Positions 1 through 15,800 are shown, numbered from the stretch's first letter. The stretch is 64,000 nucleotides of DNA from Malacoraja senta (GCA_038087875.1 JAXLNO010000051.1:434001-498000); one strand, 5' to 3'. Notes: generated by a model not told the origin, from the letters alone. A program made the numbers and translations.

Positions 1-3000
1 AAGTTTCGGCACACAAAAGGTGACGAACTTTCAGGACGCGAAAAGAGACGAAAATTCAGCACGCGAAAAGTGACAAACCTTCAGGACACAAAAAGCGACA
101 ATTCAGGATGTGAAAAGCGACGATCCAGGATGCGAAAACCGACGAAAATTCAATATGCCAAAAGTGACTAAATTTCAGGACATGAAAAGCGACAAAATAA
201 CAGCACACGAAAAGCGCCGAAATTTCAGCACACAAAAGGCGACTAAAATTCACCTTGCGAACAGCGACGAAATTACAGGATGCATAAAGCGATGAAATTT
301 CAGAACATGAAAAGCGACGAAATTTCAGCACACGGAAAGCGCCGAAATTTCAGCACACAAAAATCGACGAAAATTCAGCATGCGAAGAGCGACGAAACAT
401 CAGGACGCATAAATCGACGATATTTCAGAATGCGAAAGGTGATGAAACATCAGGACGCATGAAGCGACGAAATTTCAGGACATGAAAGGTGACGAACCTT
501 CAGGACATGAAAAGCGACAAAAATTCAGCACGTGGAAAATGACGAACCTTCAGGACATGCAAAGCGACAAAAATTCAGCACGCAAAAAGGGACGAACCTT
601 CAGAACGTGAAATGTGAAGAAAATTCAGCAGCCGAAAAGTGACAAACTTCAGGATATGGAAAGCGACAACAATTCAGCATGTGAAAAGCGACGATCCTTC
701 AGGACGCCAAAAGCGACGAAAATTTAGCACGCCGAAAGTGTCTAAATTTAAGGATGTGAAATGCGACAAAATATCAGCACACGAAAAGCGCCGAAATTTC
801 AGCACACAAAAAGCGACGAAAATTCAGCATGTGAAAAGTGACGAAATTACAGGATGCATAAAGTGACGAAATTTCAGAACATGTAAAGCGACGAAATTTC
901 AGCACACGAAAAGCACCACATTTTTAGCACACAAAAATCGACAAAAATTCAGCATGTGAAAAGCGACGAAACATCAGGACGCATAAAGCAACGAAATTTC
1001 AGGATGCGAAAAGCGATGAAACATCAGGACGCATAAAGCGACGAAATTTCTGGATGTGAAAGGCATCGAAATTTCAGGACAAGAAAGGCGACGAAATTTC
1101 AGCACGTGGAAAGTGACGAAAATTCAGCCTGTGAAAAGCGATGAAAATTCAGCAAGTGAAAAGTGCCGAACCTTCAGGACACGAAAAGCGAGAACAATTC
1201 AGCACGTGAAAAGTGACAACATTTCAGAATGTGAACAGCGATGCAAATTCAGCACGCGAAAAGCAACGAAAATTCAGCACACGAAAAGTGACGACATTTC
1301 AGGACGAGAAAAGCGACGAAATTTCAGCATACTAAAAGCAACGAAAATTCAGCTCGCGAAAAGAGACGAACCTTCAGGACGCAAAAATATGACGAAAATT
1401 CGAAATGCCAAAAGCTATGTAAATTCAGGATGCAAAACGCGAGAAAATTTCAGAACACGAAAAGCGACAAAATTTCAGGACGTGAAATGCGATGAAACAT
1501 TAGGACGCATAAAGCGACGAAATTTCAGGACGTGAAAAGCGACGAAAATTCAGCCTGTGAAAAGCGATGAAAATTAACCACGCGAATAGTGACGATATTT
1601 CAGAACGGGAAAAACAACGAAAATTTAGCACGCGAAAAGCGATGAAAATGAAGCACACAAAAAGCGACGAAAATGAAGCACACGAAAAGCAACAAAATTC
1701 AGCATGCGAAAAGTGACGAATCTTCAGGACACGAAAGGCGACAAAATTTCGCCACATTAAAAGTGACGAACCTTCAGGATCCGAAAAGCGACGAAAATTC
1801 AGCACAAGAAAAATGACGAGCCTTCAGGATGCAAAAAGCGACAAAAATTCAGCACACGCAAATTGATGAGCCTTCAGGACGCGAAAGGCAACGAAAATTA
1901 AAAATACCAAAAGCGACGTAAATTCAAGATGCGAAAAGTGACAAAAGTTCAGGATGCATGAAGCGTCAAAATTTCAGGACACGAAAAGTGACAAAATTTC
2001 AGCACATGCAAAGTGATGGACCTTCAGGTCATGAAAAGCGATGAAAATTCAGCAGGCGAAAAGTGACGAACCTTCAGGACATGAAAAGCAACAACAATTC
2101 AGCACGTGAAAAGTGACGTTCCTTCGGGACGCGAAAAGAGACGTAAATTCAGCCGCGAAAAGTGACGAAATTCCTGAACGTGAAAAGCGACGAAATTTCA
2201 GCACACAAAAAAGCGCCAAGATTTCAGCACACAAAAAGTGATGAAATTTCAGAAAGTGAAAAGCGACGAAAATTCAGCACTCGAAAAGCGACGAAAATTC
2301 AGCACATAAAAAGTGATGAAATTGCAGGATATGTAAAGCGACGAAATTTCAGCATACTAAAAGCGACGAAAATTCACCATGTGAAAAGCGCCAAAAATTC
2401 AGCACGCGAAAATTGACAAACCTTCAGGACGCGAAAGGCGACTAAAATTCAAAATGCTAAAAGCGACAAATTGAAGGTGCGAAAACGGACAAATTTTCAG
2501 GATGCATGAAGCGACAACATTTCAGGACGCGAATAGCGTCGAAAATTCAGAACGCAAAAAGTGACGAAATTTCGGGACGTGAAAGGCGACAAAATTTCAG
2601 CACACGAAAATCACCGAAATTTCTGCACAAAAAGCGACGAAAGTTCAGCACACGAATAGTGATGAAATTTCATGTCGTGGAAAGCGACAAAATTTCTGCA
2701 TAGTAAAAGCGACGAAAATTCACCATGTGAAAAGCGACAAAAATACAGCACGCGAAAATTGACGAACCTTCAGGATGCGAAAGGCAACGAAAATTCAAAA
2801 TGCCAAAAGCGACGTAAATTGAAGGTGCGAAACCGGAGAAAGATTCAGGATGCATGAAGCGACAACATTTCAGAACATGAAAAGCGTTCAAATTTCAGCA
2901 CACGAAAAGCGCCGAAATTTCAGCACACAAAAATCGTCGAAAATTCAGCATGCGAAAAGCGGCGAAACATCAGGACGCATAAAGCGATGCAATTTCAGGA

Positions 3001-6000
3001 CGTGAAAGGCAAAGAAATTTCAGGACATGAAAGGTGACGAAATTTCAGCACGCGAAAAGCGACGAAAATTCAGTCTGTGAAAAGCGATGAAAATTCAGCA
3101 AGTGAAAAGAGATGAACCTTCAGGACGTGAAAAGCAGCAACACTTCAGCACGTGAAAAGTGACAAACCTTCATGACGTGAAAAGCGAGAAAAATTCAGCA
3201 CGCGAAAAGTGATGAAAATTCAGGACACATCAAGCGACAAAATTTCAGAACATGAAAAGCGATCGAATTTCAGCACACGAAAAGCGCAAAAATTTCAGCT
3301 CACAAAAATCAACGAAAATTCAGCATGCGAAAAGCGGCGAAATGTCAGGATGCATAAAGTGATGAAATTTCAGGACGTGAAAAGCGATGAAACATCAGGA
3401 CGCATAAAGCAACGAAATTTCAGGACGTGAAAGGCAACGAAAATTCAGGACATGAAAAGGCAACGAAAGCACGCAAAAAGCGACGAAAATTCAGCCTGTG
3501 AAAAGCGATGAAAATTCAGCAAGTGAAAAGCAACGAATCTTCATGACATGAAAAGTGACAATAATTCAGCACGTGAAAAGTGACAAACCTTCAGGACGTG
3601 AAAAGCGACAAAAATTCAGCATGCAAAAAGTGATGAAATTTCATAACGTGAAAAGTGACGAAAATTCAGCACACGAAAAGCGACGAAATGTCAGCATACT
3701 ACAAGCGCCGAAAATTCAGCTGGCGAAAAATGAGGAACCGTCAGGACGCAAAAGGTGACAAAAATTCAAAATGCCAAAAGCGACATAAATTCAACATGCG
3801 AAAAGCGACAAAATTTCAGGATGCATGAAGCGACAAAGTTTCAGGACAAAAGCGTCAAAAGTTCGGCACACGAAAAGTGACGAACCTTCAGCACGCCAAA
3901 AGTGACTAAATTTCAGGACGTGAAAAGTGACGAAATTTCAGCATACTAAAAGCGACGAAAATTCACCATGTGAAAAGCGACGAAAATTCAGCATGCGAAA
4001 ATTGACCAACCTTCAGGACGCGAAAGGCGACAAAAATTCAAAATCCCAAAAGCGAGGTATATTGGTCCTGAACGGACAAAGGTTCAGGATGCATGAAGAG
4101 ACAAAATTTCAGGACACGAAAAGCAACAAAATTTCGGCACACGCAAAGTGCGAACCGTCAGGTTGCGAAAAGTGACAAAAATTCAGTAGGCGAAAAGTGA
4201 CGAACCTCAGGACATGAAAAGAAACAACAATTCAGCACGTGAAAAGCGCTGAAAATTAAGCATGCGAAACGTGACCAAAATTCACCACGCGAAAAGCGAT
4301 GAAAATTCAGAACCTGAAAAGCGCCGAAAATTCAGCATGGGAAAAGTGACGAAAATTCAGGACACATCAAGCGACAAAATTTCAGAACATGAAAAGCGAT
4401 CGAATTTCAGCACACGAAAAGCGCAAAAATTTCAGCTCACAAAAATCAACGAAAATTCAGCATGCGAAAAGCGGCGAAATGTCAGGATGCATAAAGTGAT
4501 GAAATTTCAGGACGTGAAAAGCGATGAAACATCAGGACGCATAAAGCAACGAAATTTCAGGACGTGAAAGGCAACGAAAATTCAGGACATGAAAAGGCAA
4601 CGAAAGCACGCAAAAAGCGACGAAAATTCAGCCTGTGAAAAGCGATGAAAATTCAGCAAGTGAAAAGCAACGAATCTTCATGACATGAAAAGTGACAATA
4701 ATTCAGCACGTGAAAAGTGACAAACCTTCAGGACGTGAAAAGCGACAAAAATTCAGCATGCAAAAAGTGATGAAATTTCATAACGTGAAAAGTGACGAAA
4801 ATTCAGCACACGAAAAGCGATGAAATGTCAGCATACTACAAGCGCCGAAAATTCAGCTGGCGAAAAATGAGGAACCGTCAGGACGCAAAAGGTGACAAAA
4901 ATTCAAAATGCCAAAAGCGACATAAATTCAACATGCGAAAAGCGACAAAATTTCAGGATGCATGAAGCGACAAAGTTTCAGGACAAAAGCGTCAAAAGTT
5001 CGGCACACGAAAAGTGACGAACCTTCAGCACGCCAAAAGTGACTAAATTTCAGGACGTGAAAAGTGACGAAATTTCAGCATACTAAAAGCGACGAAAATT
5101 CACCATGTGAAAAGCGACGAAAATTCAGCATGCGAAAATTGACCAACCTTCAGGACGCGAAAGGCGACAAAAAATCAAAATCCCAAAAGCGAGGTATATT
5201 GGTCCTGAACGGACAAAGGTTCAGGATGCATGAAGAGACAAAATTTCAGGACACGAAAAGCAACAAAATTTCGGCACACGCAAAGTGCGAACCGTCAGGT
5301 TGCGAAAAGTGACAAAAATTCAGTAGGCGAAAAGTGACGAACCTCAGGACATGAAAAGAAACAACAATTCAGCACGTGAAAAGCGCTGAAAATTAAGCAT
5401 GCGAAACGTGACGAAAATTCACCACGCGAAAAGCGATGAAATTTCAGAACCTGAAAAGCGCCGAAAATTCAGCATGGGAAAAGTGACGAAAATTCAGCAT
5501 GCAAAAAGCGACGAAATTACAGGACGCCTAAAGCGTCGAAATTTCAGCACACCAAAAGTGACTAAATTTCAGGATGTGAAAAGCGACAAAATAACAGCAC
5601 ACGAAAAGCGCCGAAGTTTCAGCACACAAAAAGTGACGAAAATTCAGCATGCGAAAAGCGACGAAATTGCAGGGCGCATAAAGCGACGAAATTTCAGAAC
5701 ATGAAAAGAGACGAAATTTCAGCATACGAAAAGCCACGATATTTCACCACACAAAAATCGACGAAAACTCAGCATTCGAAAAGCGACGAAACATCAGGAC
5801 GCAAAAAGCGACGAAATTTCAGGAAGCGAAAAGCGATGAAACATCAGGATGCATAAAGCAATGAAATTTCAAGACGGGAAAGGCGACGAAATTTCAGGAC
5901 ATGAAAGGCGACGAAATTTCAGCACGCGAAAGGCGACGAAAATTCAGCCTGTGTAAAGCGATGAAAATTCAGCAAGTTAAAAGCGACGAACCATCAGGAC

Positions 6001-9000
6001 ACGAAAAGCTACCACAATTCAGCACGGGAAAAGTGACGAACCTTCAGGATGCGAAAACGACGAAAATTCAGCAGGCCAAAAGTGACAAAATTGCAGGACA
6101 TGAAAAGTGACGAGATTTCAGCATACTAAAGGCGACGAAAAATTCACCATGCGAAAAGCGACGAAAGTGCAGCACACCAAAAGTGACGAAATTTCAGGAC
6201 GTGAAAAGTGACAAAATATCAGCACATGAAAAGCGTCGAAATTTCAGCACACAAAAAGTGACGAAAATTCAGCATGCAAAAAGCGACTAAATTACAGGAC
6301 ACATAAAGTGACAAAATTTCAGAACAAGAAAAGCGACGAAATTTCAGCACACGGAAAACACCGAAATTTCAGCACACAAAAATCTACGAAAATTCAGCAT
6401 GCAAAAAGCGACGAACCATCAAGAGGCGAAATGCGATGAAAATGAAGCACGCAATAAGAGAGAAACCTTCAGGACTTTAAAACCAACGACAATTCAGCAG
6501 GCGTAAAGTGACGAAAATTCAGCACGCGAAAAGCGACAAACCTTCAGGACGTAAAATGTTACGGAAATTCCGCACGCGAAAAGTGATGACATTTCATAAC
6601 GTAAAAAGAGCCGAAAATTTCGCAAGCGAAAAGCGACAAAAATTGAGCATGCGGAACGCGACGAAAATTCAGCATGCGAAAAGCGACGAACCTTCAAGAC
6701 ACGAAAAGCGATGAAAATGAAGCACGCAAAAAGCAACGAAAATTCAGCATTCAAAAAGCGACAAAAATTCAGCACGCGAAAAGCGACGTAATCACAGGAC
6801 AAATAAAGTGTACGAAATTACAGGACATGAAATGCGACGAAATTTCAGGACATGAAAGGCGACGAAATTTCAGCACGTGAAATGCGAGAAAATTCAGCAT
6901 GTGAAAAGCGACGAACCTTCAAGACGCGAAAAGCGATGAAAATGAAGAACGTAAAAACGACGAAAATTCAGCATGGAAAAAGGTGACGAAATTTCAGGAC
7001 ATGAAAGGTGACGAAAATTCAGCCTGTGAAAAGCGATGAAAATTTAACACACGAAAAGCGACGAACATTCAGCACGCGTAAAATGACGAAATTTCGGAAC
7101 GTGAAAAGCGACAAAATATCAGAACACGAAAAGTGCCGAAATTTCAGCACACAAAATCAACGAAAATTCAGCATGTGAAAGGCGACGAAATTACAGGACG
7201 CATAAAGCGATGAAATTTCAGAACATGAAAAGCAACGACATTTCAGCACATGAAGAGCGCCGAAATTTCAGCACACAAAAAGCGACAAAACTTCAGCATG
7301 CGAAACGGGACAAAACATCAGGACGAAATTTCAGAACGTGAAAAGTGACGAAATATCAGCACAAGAAAAGCGACGAAAATTCAGCACACGAAAAGTGACG
7401 AAATTTCAGGACGCGAAAGGAGCCGAAAATAAAAAAATGCCGAAGGCGACGTAAATTATAGATGCGAAAAGCAACAAAAATTCAGGATGCATGAAGCGAC
7501 AGGACACAAAAGCAACAAAATTTCAGAAAACAAAAAGTGACGAACCTTCAGGACGCGAGAAACGACGAACCTTCAGGACACGAAAAGCGACAATAATTCA
7601 GGATGTGAAAAGCGATGATCCTTCAGGACGCGAAAAGCGACGAAAATTCAGCATGCCAAAAGTGACTCAATTCCAGGATGTGAAAAGCGACAAAATAACA
7701 GCACAGGAAAAGCGCCGAAATGTCAGCACACAAAAAGCGACGAAAATTCAACATGCGAGCAGCGACGAAATTACAGGACGCATAAAGCAACGAAATTTCA
7801 GAACATGCAAAGCGACGAAATTTCAGCACACGAAAACGCCGAAATTTCAGCACACAAAAATCGACGAAAATTCAGCATGCGAGAAGCAACGAATCATCAG
7901 GACGCATAAAGCGACGAAATTTCAGGATGTGAAAAGTGACGAAGATTCAGCCTGTGAAAAGTGATGAAAATTCAGCAAGTGAAAAGTGACGAACCTTCAG
8001 GAGACGATAAGCAACAACAATTCAGCACGTGAAAAGTAACGAACCTTCATGACGTGAAAAGCGACAAAAATTCAGCACACAGAAAGCGCCAAAATTTCAG
8101 AATATGAAATACGATGAAAATTCATCACGGGAAAAGTGACGACAATTCAGCACAAGAAAAGTGATGACATTTCAAGACGTGAAAAGCAACGAAATTTCAG
8201 CATACTAAAAGCAACGAAATCTTAAGGACGCGAAAAACGACGAAAATTCGAAATGCCAAAAGCGATGTAAATGCAAGATGCGAAAAGCGACAAAATTTCA
8301 GGACACAAAACGCGACAAAATTTCAGGACGCGGAAAGCGACGAAACATCAGGACGCATAAAGCGACGAAATTTCAGAATGAGAAAAGCGACGAAATTTCA
8401 GCACTCGTAGAGGGACGAAAATTCAGCAATGGAAAAGCGATGAAAATTCAGCATGCGAAAAGAGAGGAATCTTCAGTGTGCGAAAACTGGTGAAAATGAA
8501 ACACGCGAAAACCAACGAGAATTCAGCATGCAAAATGTGACGAAAATTCAGCACGCAAAAAGCGACAAACCTTCAGGACGCGAAAAGTGATAAAAATTCC
8601 GCTCGCGAAAACCAATGAAAATTCAGCACGCAGAAATTGACGAACCGTCAGGACATGAAAAGCAATGAAAAATCAGCACGCGAAAATCGTCGAAATTTCA
8701 GCATGCGAAAAGCGACGAAAATTCACCACGCGAAAAGTGAGGAACATTCAGGACGCATAAAGCGATGAATTTTCAGAGCGAGAAAAGGTGCAAGATTTCA
8801 GCACACGAAAAGAGAGGAACCTTCAGGACGCGGAAAGCGATGAAAATGAAGCACGCGAAAACCAACGAAAATTCAGCATGCGAAAAGTAATGAAAATTCA
8901 GCACGCGAAAAGAGAGGATCCTTCAGGATGTGAAAAGCGATGAAAATGAAGCACGTGAAAACCAATGAAAATTCAGCACGCGTAAAGCTACGAAGATTCA

Positions 9001-9248
9001 GCATGCGAAAAGCGACGAAATTACAGGACGCATAAAACGATGAATTTTCAGAATGAGAAAAGCAGCAAAATTTCAGCACACGAAAAGTGACGAACCTTCA
9101 GGACGCGAAAAGTGATGAAAATGAAGCACATAAAAGTGACGAAAATTTTGCATGCGAAAAGTGTCAAAAATCCATCACGCGAAAAGCAACAAAAATTCAG
9201 CACACGAAATGCGACGTAAATTCAGGACGTGAAATGCGATGAAACATC
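1..9248 (+). repeat. 25-bp CpG-rich satellite array (consensus ~GAAAAGCGACGAAAATTCAGCACGC), A-rich strand on +
   Basis: Continuous diverged tandem monomers. The 25-nt period explains the cycling KSDE/KRRKFS/KATKIQH pseudo-ORFs. Many CG>TG/CA variants. Confidence 0.95.
3205..5480 (+). repeat. 1137-bp higher-order tandem duplication within the satellite
   Basis: Near-identical pseudo-ORF pairs offset by 1137 (3927/5064, 4262/5399). Only one copy in the right arm (~62000-63200). Confidence 0.85.
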
Positions 9249-12200
9249 TGGTGCTCAGAAGGGTAACGAAAACAAGAGGAGGGCAATTGTAATAGGGGAC
9301 TATAGTCAGGGGGTCGGATGGGCGTTTCTGTGGACGCAGACAGGAGAGCCGGATGGGAGTTTGCCTCCCTGGTGCCAGGGTCAGTGATGTGTCTGAACGT
9401 GTCGAAGAAATCCTGAAATGGGAAGGAGAGGAGCCTGAGGTTGTGGTACATATAGGTACCAACGACATAGGTAAAATAAGAGAAGGGTCCTCAAAGAAGA
9501 ATTTAGAGAGTTAGGTAGAGAGTTAAGGAGAAGGACTGCAAAGGTAACAATCTCAGGATTACTGCCTGTGCCACGCGACAGTGAGAGTAGGAATGGAGCG
9601 AGGTGGAGGATAAGTGAGTGGATGAGGGACTGGTGCAGTGGGTATAGATTCAAGTTTCTGGATCATTGGGACCTCTTTTGGGGAAGGTGCGACCTCTACA
9701 GAAAGGATGGGTTGCACTTGAACTCGAGGGGGACCAATATCCTGGCGGGTAGATTTGCAAAGGCTACTGGGGAGACTTTAAACTAGTATGGTTGGGGGGG
9801 GACTCAAATTGGGAAAGCTAGCAGTCAGTGTGGGAGGCAGGAGGCAGATAATGGAAGCACTCTGACCCAAAATGTAGGGGAGAGAGAAGAAAACGACAAT
9901 AAACAGAGAATAAGAGAGGTTGGCATCTTAAATGTGTATATTTTAATGCTAGGAGCATTGTAAGAAAGGTCGATGAACTTAAAGCCTGGATTGACACCTG
10001 GAAGTATGATGTTGTGGCGATCAGTGAACCATGGTTGCAGGAGGGCTGTGGTTGCAAATTAAATATTCCAGGATTTCGTTGCTTCAGGTGTGATAGAATT
10101 GGAGGGGCAAGAGGTGGAGGTGTTGCATTGCTTATCAAGGAAGATATTCCAGCAGTGCTTTGGCAGGATAGATTAGAGGGCTCTTCTAGGAAGGCTATTT
10201 GGGTGGAAATGAGAAATGGGAAAGGGGTAGCAACACTCATAGGGGTGTATTATAGACCGCCAAATGGGGAGCGAGAATTGGAAGAGCAAATATGTAAGGA
10301 GATTGCAGATATTAGTAGTAAGCACAAGGTAGTGATTGTGGGAGATTTCAATTTTCCACACATAGACCGGGAAACACATTCTGTAAATGGGCTGGATGGG
10401 TTGGAGTTTGTAAAATGTGTGCAGGATAGTTTTTTGCAGTAATACATAGAAGTACCTACTAGAGAAAGCGCGGTGCTGGACCTCCTGTTAGGGTCAGGTG
10501 GCAGAGGTATGCGTTGGGGAACAGTTCGGGACCAGTGATCACAATACCATTAGTTTCAATATAATTATGGAGAGGGTCAGAACTGGACCTAGGGTTGAGA
10601 TTTTTGATTGGAGAAAGGCTAACTTTGAGGAGATGCGAAAGGATTTAAAAGGAGTAAATTGGGACAGTTTGTTTTATGGAAAAGATGTGGAAGAGAAATG
10701 GACATTTAAAGGTGAAATTTTAAGAGTACAGAATCTTTATGTCCCTGTTCGGTTGAAAGGAAATAGTAAAAATTGGAAAGAGCCATGGTTTCAAGGGAAA
10801 TTGGACACTTAGTTCGGAAAAAGAGAGAGATCTACAATAATTATAGGCAGCATGGAGTAAATGAGGTGCTTGAGGAGTATAAAAAATGTAAAAAGATTCT
10901 TAAGAACGAAATTAGAAAAGCTAAAAGAAGATATGAGGTTGCTTTGGCAAATAAGGTGAAAGTAAATCCAAAGGGTTTCTACAGCTATATTAATAGCAAA
11001 AGGATAACGAGGGATAAAATTGGTCCATTAGAGAGTCAGAGTGGACAGGTATCTGCAGAGCCAAAAGAGATGGGGGAGATATTGAACAATTTATTTTCTT
11101 CGGTATTCACCAAGGAGAAGGATATTGAATTATGTGAGGTAAGGGAAACAAGTAGAGTAGCTATGGAAACTATGAGATTCAAAGAAGAGGAAGTACTGAC
11201 ACTTTTGAGAAATATAAAAGTGGATCAGTCTCCAGGTCCGGACAGGATATTCCCTAGGACATTGAGGGAAGTTAGTGTAGAAATAGCAGGGGCTATGACA
11301 GAAATATTTCAAATGTCATTGGAAACGGCAACAGTGCCGGAGGATTGGCGTACTGCGCATGTTGTTCCATTGTTTAAAAAGGGGTCTAAGAGTAAACCTA
11401 GCAATTATAGACCTGTTAGTTTGACGTCAGTGGTGGGCAAATTAATGGAAAGGATACTTAGAGATAATATATATAAGCATCTGGATAAACAGGGGCTGAT
11501 TAGGAACAGTCAACATGGATTTGTGCCTGGAAGGTCATGTTTGACTAATCTTCTTGAATTTTTGAAGAGGTTACTCGGGAAATTGATGAGGGTAAAGCCG
11601 TGGATGTTGTATATATGGAATTCAATAAGGCCTTTGACAAGGTTCCTCACGGAAGGTTGGTTAAGAAGGTTCGATGGTTGGGTATTAATGGTAGAGTAGC
11701 AAGATGGATTCAACGGTGGCTGAATGGGAGATGCCAGAGAGTAATGGTGGATGGTTGTTTGTCAGGTTGGAGGCCAGTGACTAGTGGGGTGCCACAGGGA
11801 TCTGTGTTGGGTCCACTGTTGTTTGTCATGTAAATCAATGATCTGGATGATGGTGTGGTAAATTGGATTAGTAAGTATGCAGATGATACTAAGATAGGTG
11901 GGGCTGTGGAAAATGAAGTAGATTTTCAAAGTCTACAGAGAGATTTATGCAGGTTGGAAGAGTGGGCTGAAAGATGGCAGATGGAGTTTAATGCTGATAA
12001 GTGTGAGGTGCTACATCTGGGCAGGACAAATCAAAATAGGACGTACATGGTAAATGGTAGGGAATTGACGAATGCAGGTGAACAGAGGGATCTTGGAATA
12101 ACTGTGCACAGTTCCCTGAAAGTGGAATCTCATGTAGATAGGGTGGTAAAGAAAGCTTTTGGTGTGCTGGCTTTTATAAATCAGAGCATTGAATATAGAA

Positions 12201-12809
12201 GTTGGGATGTAATGTTAAAATTGTACAAGGCATTGGTGAGGCCAATTCTGGAGTATGGTGTACAATTTTGGTCGCCTAATTATAGGAAGGATATCAACAA
12301 AATAGAGAGAGTACAGAGGAGATTTACTAGAATGTTGCCTGGGTTTCAAAAACTAAGTTACAGCGAAAGGTTGAACAAGTTAGGGCTTTATTCTTTGGAG
12401 CGCAGAAGGTTAAGGGGGGACTTGATAGAGGTCTTTAAAATGATGAGAGGGATAGACAGAGTTGACGTGGATAAGCTTTTCCCATTGAGAGTAGGGAAGA
12501 TTCAAACAAGGGGACATGACTTGAGAATTAAGGGACAGAAGTTTAGGGGTAACATGAGGGGGAACTTCTTTACTCAGAGAGTGGTGGCTGTGTGGAATGA
12601 GCTTCCAGTGAAGGTGGTGGAGGCAGGTTCGTTTTTATCATTTAAAAATAAATTGGATAGTTATATGGACGGGAAAAGTATGGAGGGTTATGGTCTGAGC
12701 GCAGGTATATGGGACTAGGGGAGAATACGTGTTCGGCACGGACTAGAAGGGTCGAGATGGCCTGTTTCCGTGCTGTAATTGTTATATGGTTATATGGTTA
12801 TATGGTTAT
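9249..12809 (+). mobile_element. CR1-clade LINE, 5'-truncated in ORF1 (SGNH esterase remnant) plus disrupted ORF2 (APE endonuclease + RT)
   Basis: ORF1 VVVHIGTNDI and DGLHL motifs; ORF2 [27 protein letters not shown]; 3' tail (TATGGTTA)n. Several stops and frameshifts. Confidence 0.95.
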
Positions 12810-15800
12810 ATCAGGATGCATCAAGCAACAAAATTTCAGGATGTGAAAATTGACGAAATTTCAGCACGCGAAAAGCGACGAAAATTCAGCCAGCGAAAAG
12901 TGATGAAAATTCAGCACGTGAAAAGTTATGAACTTCAGAACGCAAAAGCAACGAAAATTCAGCATGCGAAATGTGACGAAAATTCAGCACGCGAAAAGTG
13001 CCGACCATTCAGAACACGAATAGTGACGAAATTTGACGCGAAAAGCGATGAAAATTAAGCACGTGAAAACCAACGAAAATTCAGCAAGCGAAAAGCAACG
13101 AAAATTCAGCACCCGAAAAGAGAGGAACCTTCAGGATGCGAGAAGCGATGAAAATGAAGCACACGAAAACCAACAAAAATTCAGCACGCGAAAAGCAAAG
13201 AAAATTCAGCATGCGAAAAGCGACTAAATTACAGGACGCATAAAGCGACGAAATTACAGGACGCATAAAGCGACGAAATTACAGGATGCATAAAGCGATG
13301 AAATTTCAGCACGCCAAAAGTGACTAAATTTCAGGATGTGAAAAGTGACAAAATAACAGCACACGAAAAGCGCCGACATTTCAGCACACAAATAGCAACG
13401 AAAATGCAGCATGCGAAAAGCGACAAAATTACAGGACGCAAAAAGCAACGAAATTTCAGAACATGAAAAGCGACGAAATTTTATCACACGCAAAGCTCCA
13501 CAATTTCAGCACACAAAAGGCGACAAAAATTCAGCATGTGAAAAAGCAACGAAATATCAGGACACATAAAGTGACGAAATTTCAGAGCGAGAAAAGCGGC
13601 AAGATTTCAGCACACGAAAAGAGAGGAACCTTCAGGACGCGAAAAGCGATGAAAATGAATCACGTGAAACCAACGAAAATTCAGCACGCGAAAAGTAATG
13701 AAAATTCAGCACTCGAAAAGAGAGGAACCTTCAGGACGTGAAAAGCGATGAAAATGAAGCACGCGAAAACCAACGAAAATTCAGTACGCGAAAAGCGACG
13801 AAAATTCAGCATGCGAAAAGCGACGAAATTACAGGACGCATAAAACGATGAATTTTCAGAACGAGAAAAGCAGCAAAATTTCAGCACACGAAAAGTGATG
13901 AACCTTGAGGACGCGAAAAGTGATGAAAATGAAGCACATATAAGCGACGAAAATTTAGCATGCGAAAAGTGACAAAAATCCAGCACGCGAAAAGCAACAA
14001 AAATTCAGCACACGAAATGTGATGTAAATTCAGGACGTGAAATGCAATGAAACATCAGGACGCATAAAGCGACAAAATTTCAGGACGTGAAAAGCACCGA
14101 AATTTCAGCACGCGAAAAGCAACGAAAATTCAGCCAGAGAAAAGCGATCAAAATTCAGCACGTGAAAAGTTATGAACTTCAGGACGCGAAAAGCGACGAA
14201 AATTCATCATGCGAAATGTGACGAAAATTCAGCACGCGAAAAGTGATGAACATTCAGAATACGAATAGTGACGAAATTTCAGAACGTGTAAAGCGCCTAA
14301 AATTCAACACCTGAAAAGCAAAGAAAATTCAGCATGAGAAAAGTGACAAAAATTCAGCATGCGAAAAGTGACAAAAATTCAGGACGCGAATAGCGACGTA
14401 AATTCAGCAAGAGAAAAGCGACGAAAATTCAGCACGCGAAGAGAGGAACCTTCAGGACGCGAAAAGCGATGAAAATGAAGCACGTGAAAACCAACGAAAA
14501 TTCAGCAAGCGAAAAGCGACGAAAATACAGCACGCGAAAAGAGAGGAACATTCAGGACGCGAAAAGCGATGAAAATGAAGCACACGAAAACCAACAAAAA
14601 TTCAGCACGCGAAAAGCAACGAAAATTCAACATGCCAAATGCAACGAAATTACAGGACGCATAAAGCGACGAAATTACAGGATGCATAAAGCGATGAAAT
14701 TTCAGCATGCCAAAAGTGACTAAATTTCAGGATGTGAAAAGTGACAAAATAACAGCACACGAAAAGCGCCGGCATTTCAGCACCAATTAGCGACGAAAAT
14801 GCAGCATGCGAAAAGCGACAAAATTACAGGACACAAAAAGCAACGAAATTTCAGAACATGAAAAGCGACGAAATTTTATCACACGCAAAGCTCCAAAATT
14901 TCAGCACACAAAAGGCGACAAAATTCAGCATGTGAAAAAGCAACGAAATATCAGGACACATAAAGTGACGAAATTTCAGAGCGAGAAAAGCGGCAAGATT
15001 TCAGCACACGAAAAGAGAGGAACCTTCAGGACGCGAAAAGCGATGAAAATGAATCACGCGAAAACAACGAAAATTCAGCACGCGAAAAGTAATGAAAATT
15101 CAGCACTCGAAAAGAGAGGAACCTTCAGGACGTGAAAAGCGATGAAAATGAAGCACGCGAAAACCAACGAAAATTCAGTACGCGAAAAGCGACGAAAATT
15201 CAGCATGCGAAAAGCGACGAAATTACAGGACACATAAAACTATGAATTTTCAGAACGAGAAAAGCAGCAAAATTTCAGCACACGAAAAGTGATGAACCTT
15301 GAGGACGCGAAAAGTGATGAAAATGAAGCACATATAAGCGACGAAAATTTAGCATGCGAAAAGTGACAAAAATCCAGCACGCGAAAAGCAACAAAAATTC
15401 AGCACAAGAAATGTGACGTAAATTCAGCACGTGAAATGCGATGAAACATCAGGACGCATAAAGCGACAACATTTCAGGACGTGAAAAGCGACGAAATTTC
15501 AGCACGCGAAAAGCAACGAAAATTCAGCCAGAGAAAAGCGATTAAAATTCAGCACGTGAAAAGTTATGAACTTCAGGACGCGAAAAGCGACGAAAATTCA
15601 TCATGCGAAATGTGATGAAAATTCAGCACGCGAAAAGTGAAGAACATTCAGAATACGAATAGGGACGAAATTTCAGAACGCGTAAAGCGCCTAAAATTCA
15701 GCACCTGAAAAGCAAAGAAAATTCAGCATGAGAAAAGCGACAAAAATTCAGCACGCGAAAAGAGAGGAACCTTCAGGACGCGAAAAGCGATGAAAATGAA

